From: Cyanophora paradoxa CCMP329
Lineage: Eukaryota > Plantae > Glaucophyta
Assembly (NCBI GenBank): GCA_004431415.1
Contig: QPMI01000395.1
Span: forward strand, 558,001 to 622,000
DNA: 64,000 nt
Direction of reading: 5' to 3'
Made by a program: the position numbers and the translations under genes. The notes beneath the pieces are model-generated. The model was not told the origin of the DNA. It made no database searches and was given only the letters and a program-made list of their open reading frames with translations. Shown one piece after another: positions 54,112-64,000 of the stretch (position 1 is the stretch's first letter; each line of letters starts with the position of its first letter).

Positions 54112-54821
54112 CTACAGCTCGGAGGGGGCGGCGGCCTCGGCGTCGCAGAGGTCGTCGGCAAACGCGTCGGCCAGGGCGGCGGCCGCGTCGGCGTCGCAGC
54201 TGGCGGCTCCCGCCGCCTCCGAAGGGAGCGCGTCCAGCGCCGCGGCGGAGAGCTCTACGCACGCCGTACCCTCCTCCTGCGCCGCGTCCGGGGGCGTCAG
54301 AGGCGGCGGGGCGGAGGGGTGTCAGAGGCGGAGGCGGCCCGGGGCCCGCACCTCCTCCGCCGCGGCCTGAATGTCGGAGTCGAGCCGCTGGGGCAGCAGA
54401 AGGTACTCTGCGCGCGCGGGGCTCGGCCGGGCGGTCGGGCGCGCGCCGGCGGGTTTGCAAAAGCGCCGGGGCGCACCGTTCGGCTGCAGCGAGCCGTCCG
54501 CGTTGCCTTCGGCGTCGATCTCTTTGAACTGCGGCGGCGTGAGCCCGCGGGCGGAGAAGGATGGGACGGGTTCGGCCGGCGCGCCGGCGTGCTCACATTC
54601 TCCATGTACTTGCTATCCTGGCCCGTGTTGGTGGTCGGGAGCCCGCGCTTGGTGCACTGGAAGTTCCGGTACTCCTCGAAAGACACGTCGCCGCTCTTGT
54701 CGACGTCCATGTGCTTGAACTCGGCATAGAACGGGCCTGCCGACAAGACTCGTCAGAAACGGACCCAGCCGCGAAGCGCGGGTTCGGAGCGGCACTCACT
54801 GGAGCGAAGGTGGTACGACAT
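54112..54821 (-). CDS. Small EF-hand protein, copy 2
   Basis: Matches 49668-50377 at offset 4444. Confidence 0.8.
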
Positions 54822-55196
54822 GGCGCTCGTGGGATCCCGGCGTGCGCCGCCCGGTTGGATTTCGCTCAGCTAGCTAGAGGAGCGGGAGGGTGCCGGCGCC
54901 CGCGGCTGCTTCCACTGTCGGGTTGCCCTACGATCGGTAAACGGAAAGTCTGGTGGGAATTCGGGAGAGGCTGGCTCTCTGTAGCGGCGGTTAGCGTGCT
55001 CCGAGCACAGTACCCCCCGGGCCGGTCGACTTTGCGCGTTCTCGGCGGTGCCGCCACGCCAGGATGGTTCGTAGAGGCCATTTCCATCTATGCTAGGGTC
55101 TAAGAGCTCCCTCCGTGTGCCGCAACCGCCGATTCCGCTGCGCAACGTACCGACGAACCCGCCCTCGCAACGAGCAGGTCGCCGTAACGGAGAGTG

Positions 55197-58100
55197 ATGC
55201 CGGCGTCGGGCCGAAAGGCAGCGAGGTGCGCAGCCGAGCAAGCCGTTAGTCGGATGCCGATGAGCCGTCGAGCCTCCGCATCCGGCCCACCCGCTTGGGC
55301 GGCTGGGCTCCCGCCCGTGCCGCTAGCTTTGCATGCTCCGTTGCGCCCGCCTGACGCCCTTCCTGCAGGCCATCGCGTTTGAGCCGGTCAACTTCCGCCC
55401 GGGCCTCATCGCCGAAGTCTACCGGTGCGCCCCGCCGCCCTGCCCGCGCCGTCGCCGCCTCTCATTCGGTTTGCAGGACGGATGCGTTCGGGTGCGAGCC
55501 GCGCTGGGTCCCCCCCACGGGTCCCGCCCCGCCGCCTCTGCTGGCAACCGAGCGCCGCCGCGCAGCGTCCTTGCGGACACGAACCTCGTCCGCATCGGGA
55601 ACTACCCGGTCGAGGGCATCTACAACGACTGGGGCGCCGGCTCCGTGAACGGGTGGGGCAAGGACTCGCTTGAAATCAAGTACACGGTGCGCCCCGCGCG
55701 ACCTCGGCACGAGCTCTGTAGATGCCGTGTAGCGTTTTAGCGACTCCCTCTAGAGCTAACCTCTAGACGCGCGCCGCTGCCTCTGCCTCCTACTCGCCCC
55801 TGCCCTCGTCGCCGCTGCGCGCGCCGCCGCCGCCGCTGAGGCGCAGGGGTACGCGCGCAGGGCTACTTCGTTCCCAAGGTCACGGGCATGTACACGTTCG
55901 GCCTCCTCGCGGACGACGGTGCGGGCGAACGTTCACTCGGAACGCTTCTGGCGCACCCGCCCGGGGGCGAAGCTGACGCGCGGTCCTCCACCCGTACCCC
56001 CCTCAGACGCGTCCCTGACCCTGGCGGGGGAGGCCCTGATCTCCTCCGACCTCCAGGAGGGTACATCGCACACGGAGACCTCCGCGGCCCTCCCCCGCCT
56101 GCTCGAGGCCGGGCGCATGTACCCCCTCAAGGTCCACTACATGGAGAGCACCGGCGGCGCTGAGGTCGCCCTGGGCTACAAGTGCGTCGTTTTCGCCGAT
56201 CGGCGTACCCCCCCCCCGGGCCTGCGTCTGAGGCGCCTGTACCCCCCTCCACCCAGGATCGGGGACCCGAGTGACGCGAAGGTCGCGGCGGCGGCCTGGC
56301 AGCCCGTGACCCCGGATCTCCTCTTCCACTACGAGCCGCCGCACCCCGGCCTCGCCACCAAGGCTCGCCTCCCGAGCCCGGTTCGCCCTCTACCCCCCTC
56401 GCTGACTTCGTTCGCAGGAGACGATCGAGCACGTGCTGGAGGGGTACGCGAAGGCGGAGGACCTGAGCCGGACGGCGGCGGACGTGGCAGCGGTCCGGAC
56501 GGACCTCTACCAGAGCTTCGCGACCAAGGTGCGCCGGCCGGGGCGGGGCGTCGAAGCAGTCTAGCTATAGGCAGCCGAGGGCGCCGCTGGAGCCGTCTTT
56601 AGTATGGTCCGTGTTGCTCTCTCCTTCCTGCTGGTTCAGGGCCTCGAAGCAGCACAGGGCGGGGTAGGGGGTGTTCCTAGAGCCAGCCGCCCCGGAGAGC
56701 TCGCGCGCCCCTCACGCTCCTCTCCCCCCGCTTCGCGCGCAGGCTTTGGCGGAGGAGTCGCAGCTGGGCTTGAAGGCGCTCATCCTCGCCACCGACGCCC
56801 GCGTCGAGGCCGCCTCCAAGGTCCGAGCGTTCGATCTAGGGGGATGAGAATCTAGGCCCGACCCTCTTAGCTGACTCTCTAGGATCCCATCATGGCATCG
56901 CCCCGAGCCCGCCCGCCCGCCCGCCCGACCCGATCTGACGCGACCTGACGCGGCTCTCGCGGCCCGCCCCGCAGGACCTGGCGGACCACGAGCAGACGAC
57001 GGCGGCGCAGCTGACGGACCTCTCGGGCCGCCTCGACCAGGCCCGCGCCGAGGCCGTCCACGTGCGCTTGCGCCTGCGCTTTGGCGGGGCGGGGCCGGGC
57101 GGGGCGGGGGGGCGCTCTGGGGCGCGCTGGGCGGCGGCCTGGGCGGCGCCGTCAGCTGGCCCTCGACCCTCGAGGCGGCCAGACCTTGCACGGCACGGCG
57201 GGCTAGCGCCTAGCTGCCAGCCCCCCTAGCCGGCCCCTCGGCTCCGCCCTCGGGCCGCGGCTCACGCCCGGGGGCGCGCGCAGGCGAAGGAGGTGCTGGA
57301 GGCGGCGGACAAGGGGCTCGCCGCCACCCTCGAGTCCAAGGTCCGATCGACATCGATTGACCGCCTCTAACTTGAAGAGCAGCCGCATCTCTGAAGCGAA
57401 TAACTAGAGAAAGAGCCGCTAGAATAGAGAATAACTAGAGGGGGCAGCCGCAATAACCTTTTGAAGCGAATAGCGTGCATTTCTCTAGCTTGAGCGCCAC
57501 CCTCGAGTCCAAGGTCCGATCGATCCAACGAGGCGGAGGCCGCCGCAGCCGCGTTTCCTAACCGAACATCTTCAAGCATTTCTCTAGCTCCAGCTCGCAG
57601 CTCTCTTCCCGCCCGCCCGCCGCGCCCAGCGCTGACGCCGGCCCCGCTCGTCCGCAGGTGGCGGAGGTGGCGGCGGCGAAGGCGGAGGTGCTGGCGGCGA
57701 CCTCGGGCCTCTCGGAGCGCGTCGCCGGCGTCAAGGCGGACCTCAACTCCGTCGAGAAGTCCGCCGCAGCCGCCGCCAAGGCCGCCGCCGACGAGGTCCG
57801 GCATTCCAAATTCAAACTTGAAAGATTCGATCGGATCGAATTCTGAGTCGAGGGGCATCAGGTGAAGGGCCTGGGCGGGCGCGTCGCGGCCATCGAGAAG
57901 GGCGCCATCCCGGCCCTCACCGACAAGCTCGGTGCGGTACCCCCCTCTCCCGAAACGAAGCGGCCCGCCCCCTAAGGCGACCCGCCCGCAGAGGCGGCCG
58001 TGCGGGGCATCACGAACGACGCCATCCCGGCGGTCCAGGCCAAGCTCCAGACGGTGAGGCTATGCCAAGGCGGACGAAGGCTTTGAATCCGACGCCCCCC

Positions 58101-59368
58101 GCAGGCGCTCCAGAACGAGGAGGCGGCGCGCACGGCCGCCGACGGCGCCATCCAGACCTCCCTCTCCGAGGTCCGCTCAGATCCGCTCAGATCTAATCCG
58201 ATCCGATCCGATCTGATCTGATCTGATCTGATCTGAGGGCAGCTCTCGGGGAGCTGGCGCTCGGCGAGCGAGGCGCTCGAGCGGTCGGACGCGGCGCTGC
58301 GGGAGGCGGTGCGGTCGGAGCAGACGGAGCGGACGGCGCAGGACGCGCTCATCCGCGGCGAGTTCGTCGCCCGCGCCGAGATGCAGAAGGCCGTCGCCGA
58401 GGTGCGGGCGGGGCGGATCAAATTCGAAGTTTGAGTTCAAGAGTCGTTGCTCGGAATTGATCCCGGTCTCTCGCGCGCGGCCAGGTCTCGAAGGCGACGG
58501 AGACGCTCCGGGCGGAGGCGGCGACGAAGTCGGCGCTGGAGGAGCTGAAGGCGGCGACGAGCGCCGGGCTCCGCACCGTGCAGGACGGCATCTCGCGCGT
58601 CGAGACGCAGACGCTCCCGCAGGCCGTCGCTGCCCTCCAGAACAAGGACGCCGAGCTCTCGCGCGGCGTCGAGGCGCAGCGCACCGCGCTCGACGAGCAG
58701 AAGGCGGCCGCCGACGCCTCGTACGCGCCCCGCGCCGCGCTCGCCGAGGCGATCACGGGCGTCGAGGCCCGCATCGGCGACACGATCGAGGTGACCGCTG
58801 AATCTTGCGTTTTTGTATGCGCAAGTGAACCCGACCCTTTCTCTCTATCCAGACGGTGACGGCGAGCACCGAGGCGCTGGCGTCGGCGGTGCGCGAGATC
58901 AACGAGGCGAAGCTGCCGGGGCTCGCGGCCGATACGGCGGCGGCGCGCACGGCGGCGGAGAAGGCCGTCTCGGACGAGGCGGCCGCCCGCGCCCGCGGCG
59001 ACGAGCTCATCGGCAACAACCTCACCGCCGTCGCCCGCGAGATCTCCTGTCCGCTCTCCTCCTCTCTAGATCTCCCCTCACCCGCCCCGCTCACGCGCCG
59101 CTGCCGCCGCAGCGATGCGCACGGGCGCGACCGACTCGTTCGACTCGCTCAAGCGCGAGGACGTGCGCCGCCGCGCCCGCCTCCTCCCCCTAATTCGATC
59201 TCCCTCGCTGACGGCCGCGGCTCGGCTCGGCTCTCCTCTCTCCTCCCGCGAGCAGGAGGCGATCAAGGCGAACGTGCGGGCGAGCATCGAGTCGCTCACG
59301 GGGCAGCAGAAGGCCCTCGCCGACGGCGTCACCGCCCGCGTCGACGGCCTCGAGGAGAAGACCGTGCG

Positions 59369-59401
<33 letters not shown>

Positions 59402-60436
59402 ACTCTCTTTCTTCCCTCTAGCTCGGCGGCTCCGGATCCCCTGAGAATTCGATCCGGCGGGTACAGGCGGCGACGAAGGCGGCGCTGGACGCGGCGGCGG
59501 CGGAGGCGGCGTCGGACATCGCGACGCTGCGCGACGCGTCGGCGGCGGCGGCGGCGGCGACCGACGCGCGGCTCGGCAAGCTCGACGCGCGCGTCGACTC
59601 GGTCGAGTACGCGGCCAAGTCGGCGGCGGCGAAGCTCGCCGACGACATGGCGGCGACCGCCGCGGCCGTCGGCACCCGCGTCGCCGACGGTCCGACCCTT
59701 TGATCTCCGCCCCGCCTCGCGTTCGCACTCTTCGCCTGACGGACGCTCCGGCGGCGCCGCAGTGGAGAACAAGCAGGCGGCGTGGTCGCAGGAGGCGCAC
59801 GCGCGGGAGGCGGCGCTGCAGTCGGCGGCGGAGCAGGAGCGCCTCGCCCTCTCGGGCCGTGTCGGCGTGCTCGAGGAGCGCGCGCAGGCGATCTCGGGCA
59901 AGGTCGAGTCGCACGAGGCCGTCCTCGAGAACACGGCAGCGTCGGTCTCGGCGGCGCACGAGGCGGCCCGCGCGGCGCGGCGGGCGGTGGACGAGAAGGC
60001 GGCGGAGGTCTCGCGGGCAATCCAGGCCTTCTCCGCCAAGGTCGCCGAGACGGAGGCGAGCGTGGACGCGGCCAAGGCGGAGCTGCACGGGGCCGACCGC
60101 GAGCTCGAGGCGCGCCTCTCGGGCCTCGAGTCGGAGACGCGCGCCAAGGCCGTCGCCCTCGAGGAGGCCGACAAGAGCCTCCTCGCGACCTCGAACGCGC
60201 TGCGCTCGGACGTGTCGAGCCTGGGCTCGGCGCTGCGCAACCAGTTCGCGTCCTTCGCGAGCAAGCTCCCGCAAGCCGAGGCCGACAGCGACGCCGACCT
60301 GGTCGACGTGGGCGACGCGTGGGGCGTGGAGGCCGGCGCGACCGGCGCCGGCGGCGCCTGCTGCTGCGCGGCGGACGTGGAGGAGGCTATGTACTCCGAG
60401 GCGGAGGGCGAGCTCTCCGAGGAGCCCGTCTTCTAG
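55197..60436 (+). CDS. PA14-domain protein with a long Ala-rich coiled coil (many exons; start uncertain)
   Basis: PGLIAEVY..., DWGAGSV...DSLEIKYT|GYFVPKVTGMYTFGLLADD|DASLTLAG...LEAGRMYPLKVHYMESTGGAEVALGY matches the PA14 pattern (55369-56360). Helical A/E/K/R-rich exons follow to TAG at 60434-60436. Confidence 0.8.
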
Positions 60437-60859
60437 CCGGGCAGGCCCCGCGCCGCCAGGCCCCGTCCTCAGGGCTGCGCATGCCGACTGGTCCCCCGCT
60501 ATGCATTAAATGCGTATTTGAGCTTGTCTCGAACAAGCGAGTCCCTGCAAGTGGCAATTTGAGGCTGCAAAGCAGAAGTGGCCTTTCCAAGTTGGGTCTT
60601 GCAATTGGGGCTTCAAGACGTGAGGGTGCACTGCGGCACGCGGCCGCTCGAGATCTAGATCATGATCGATATCCGATCTAGATTTATAGCTAGAGGCTGC
60701 AATTGCAATTGCAACCGCGCGTGCACGTTAACGTTTACCCGGGAGCACGCGTACGCGAGCTCGAGATGCATATGGGAGCTCGAGGAGACGTCGTACGTAT
60801 ACGTATACGTCGCGATCGGCTGATCGACATGCATCGGCACTATCGAATTCGAAGTACCC

Positions 60860-62066
60860 CGCAATCGGAACGGCGGACCAGGTCCGCCGTTCGGCGGGGA
60901 AGAAGAGTGGGACGGGTACAGGTTGACCGATCGCGAAAGCCCGTATACGAGTGATCACGCTTGACGCTTTTGACAAAAGTACACGTTGCTTAACGCTCCG
61001 CACACTGTGACAGCAAGCCACTTCCTCTGCCTAGGCCTGTGCCGGCGCCGGCGATCGCGAATTGACCCCGGCCCGACGCATGTTTTCGGCACAGGCGTTC
61101 CGATCCGACGGTTCGTCGATCCATGGCCACGAAAAATGCCGATCAAACTCCGCCGGCCGCGGACCGTACCACCGAACGAGGCGTGCGCAGTAGCTTATAG
61201 CGTGCTGGTCGGCACGTCAAGAAACGTCTGCTAGTGTCAGAAACGCCTTCACCTGCGGACCAGGTCCGATCAGCCTGGCAGCGTCCCAGGGACGCTGATC
61301 GTGGGGAAGAAGAGTGGGACGGGTACAGGTTGACCGCGATCAAAGGACTGATTAAAAGTCCGCTGCCGGCGCCAGGCTGATCGCGGGGAAGAAGAGTTCG
61401 AGGGTGGTGCACGTGCGCACAACCGGGAGATCGATATCATCGCGCGGCTCAGCTTCCAATTGCAATTGCAGTGATTTCAAACGAATCCATGGCCAGCCAG
61501 CTGATGCAACTTCTCGTGCAGGTGCGCATGCCCTCATGATCATGCTCGCGATGGGCCGCTCTCCCTTGCAAATTGATACTTCCGTGCAGTTAGCTCCGGT
61601 CGCTGTTGTTAGCTCCGGCCGCGGCGGCCGGCGCACGCTCGCCGTGAGCCAGCGCGAGGAGATCGGAGTGCGAGGAGAGCGCGTTTCCGTCGTCGTGATG
61701 CGGCAACAGGGGAACGTCCTCTTCATCATGCCACGTCCCTTCGCTTCGGTGCCGGCCGTCAGTGTCGAGCTCGCCGCGGCCGCAGCATCCGCGGCCGCAG
61801 CTGCAGGCGTCAATAATGCTCTAGATCTGCCCGTGCTGGAGCTGCTCAGCTTGGCCAACGACGACATCCCCAGTTACGGCCGCTGTCCAGGAAGCGCCAG
61901 CAGCGTCCTTCGGCGCCGCCCGCCCAACGCTGGCCAGCGTGTGGCCGTCCTTTGCGCCCCGAAATCCTTCCCAACCGATAGGCGGGCGCGCGTCATCTTC
62001 TCTGACAGCGGTGGTGACGTCGCCAGCTTCCACGTCAGAGTTCTAACCAAGCCTGCGGGTCCGTAA
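60860..62066 (+). other. Possible hypothetical gene fragments with a locally repeated exon-like segment
   Basis: ggggaagaagagtgggacgggtacaggttgacc occurs at ~60896 and ~61303, with a variant at ~61385 (RGEEE(W/F)(D/E)G). ORF 61404-62066 follows. Confidence 0.3.
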
Positions 62067-62922
62067 GCGCGTGCTCGAGCTCTCGTCTTCGAATTGCACA
62101 TGCGTACGCGTGATATCGATGAAAAATCGCGAGCGCAGATCGCGATTACAAGCTGATAGTACTGCCATGGTCAGCACCATCTGCATCCGTGCTTCATGAT
62201 CAGCCACCGCGGCCGTCGCCAGCTGCAGCTGCCGCAGCTGCAGCTGCGACGCAATCACAACTGCGACTGCCTGCGCCACTAGTACTGGGGCCGACAGCGG
62301 CGCCGTGGCCACTGCAGCTGCAGCTGTGCCCGGCGCCTGCACCTTTGCCGCCACTATGGCAAGTGCCGGCGCCACCATGGCTCGTGCCAGCGCCATTAAT
62401 ATTATGCCCGGCACCACCACATCTGCAGCTTCCTCTGGATCTGCAGTTCATGCAGCAGCAACCCTTGCCGTCAACGTCAGCTGCGTTCAATTCAGTGAGT
62501 TCCCGTCAATTCATACTTAAAATTGCCTTATAAGCTTTGTGGCTTTGCGCTGACCACTGCGAATTTTTTCACATTTACAGATGGCGCTTCCCGGCGACGA
62601 AATCGAATTCGAATTCGAACGTCTACTAGATGAACTGCTGCCTTATGGGGCCATGGGCGATCCACCCGACTCCGCACATGAAATTGATCTCGTGAGCCTT
62701 CAACCTTGTCTTATGCCGTTTAATTTTATATTTACTAAGTGCATTACAAGGTGCCGGATCCGGACCAGTCTTCAGAATCAACGTCGACCCCGGCACCGGC
62801 TGCGGCTGCAGCTCCTGCAGCTGCCAAGTTCCGAGATCCTGCCGATGTCCTGTCGGTTCTCGCAGTTCGGTCCTTTGGCACCTTTGATTCAGTCCAATTC
62901 TCACCAATATAAATAAATATTT

Positions 62923-64000
62923 GGGGAAGGACCCCCTTCCCCTTCCCCCACTTGGGGGTGTTCGGGTGCCCACCCTAGGCCAAAATGAAATGTCCCGACC
63001 TCCCAAAACCCAGGTTTTCTCGCCGGATCCTAGCAAGGCATGTCCCTAGGAGTCCGGAGACGTGTTCCGGGAGATCCGGGTCCCGTCGGGTCGACCAGGA
63101 ATGAGCAATAACATGTTTTTGAAAAATGCGATCTAGCGCCTCACCAAGTGGCGGTATATCTACCGGACCAAGTGCGCCTGAATGCGACTGATACGCCCGA
63201 CGATTCATGTTATACATTCCGAGACCGGAGAGGCACAGGGTGGCCCGCTAGGCCGCCTCAAGTACCTGTTGTACCGAGCGCCGAAAAAAAGCGCTCCTGA
63301 GAGTTTTCAGCCGATCGAGACTCGAGCAGGGGGGAATGGATGCCGATATCGTGTTGCAGTACCCGGCAGGCTAGCCGACCGGCTGAGCTCCGGCTAGCTG
63401 CGCATGCCTTGCAATGCGGCAACAGCTCATCAAGCACTTCGGAACGTGAAAGAGTGCAGGAAGAAGACGCCCGCTACGCCGCCGCCGCGTTCCGGTGCGC
63501 GTCGCCGATGGTTCTGACTGCCCCGCGCCTGCCGTCCGCAGATGCGAGAGTCTTGCGCCGAAAGGTGCGCTCGCGCGCCGCCCGGCAATCTCGCGCCGGG
63601 CGCGCTCAGAAGCCCACGCGTGTCGTCGAATTCGAACAGCTCCTCTTGCGCACTGCGGCAAGGTGCACAGCTAGATTCGATTTGTGCCGCGCTCCGCAGC
63701 AGACGGCAGGCGGCGGCGCGGTCGCCGGGCGGGGCGGAGGCGCTGCGGGCGCCGGCGCGGCGGCGGCGCGGCGCGCGCGCCGCACGGGGAGCAGGCGCGG
63801 CGGGCGGCTGTGCGGCGTGCCGGGCGGGGCGGAGGCGCGGCGCCGCGGCGGGCGGCGGCGGGCTCGCCGGCCGCGGGCGGGGCGGAGGCGCGGCGGCCGG
63901 CGGGCGGCGGCGCGGCTCCGAGCTCGAGGCTCGCCAGGCGGGACGGAGGCGCGGCGGCCGGCGGCGCGGCTCTCCGGCCGCGGGCGGGCGGAGGCGCGGC
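62923..64000. mobile_element. Possible left end of a DNA transposon, followed by GC-rich degenerate repeats
   Basis: Abrupt change after the AT-rich aaataaatattt to ggggaaggacccccttcccc and non-coding sequence. gcgggcggggcggaggcgcggcg-type repeats run from ~63710 to the end. No partner terminus was seen in the window. Confidence 0.25.

Larger units (their letters stand above)
46234..55115. repeat. Near-identical 4.44-kb tandem duplication (46234-50671 and 50670-55115)
   Basis: The junction ...agctccctc-CG-gcggagagggg has 2-bp microhomology. The offset grows from 4436 to 4444 through eight single-base G/C-run indels. Confidence 0.95.

Overview
Eukaryotic, GC-rich, intron-dense genomic DNA. 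Introns are short (GTGCG/GTGAG/GC...GCAG, with CTGAC-like branch sites), so most ORF-track entries are shadow ORFs or exon fragments. The style and the phytochrome type suggest a glaucophyte-like alga (inference). Left to right: (1) 1-9.5 kb, the 5' part of a gag-containing retroelement (minus strand) with a 96-bp tandem array; (2) 9.5-24.8 kb, two tandem paralogues of a multi-exon gene built from four copies of an unrecognised ~130-aa domain, the left copy cut by the retroelement; (3) 27-42 kb, a hypothetical gene, a RING/TRAF-zinc-finger gene, a TPR-coiled-coil-RING-H2 gene with an in-frame stop, and another hypothetical gene; (4) 42.9-47.6 kb, the main finding: a 23-exon gene that I could splice by hand into one open frame (~983 aa) fusing an N-terminal bHLH-zipper DNA-binding domain to a complete phytochrome (PAS-GAF-PHY-PAS) with no histidine kinase, i.e. 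a candidate single-polypeptide bilin-based light-regulated transcription factor; (5) a near-identical 4.44-kb tandem duplication (46.2-55.1 kb) carrying a truncated bHLH copy, a WD40 gene and an EF-hand gene; (6) a PA14 plus long coiled-coil gene and a possible transposon end. All gene models are manual and no database searches were run.
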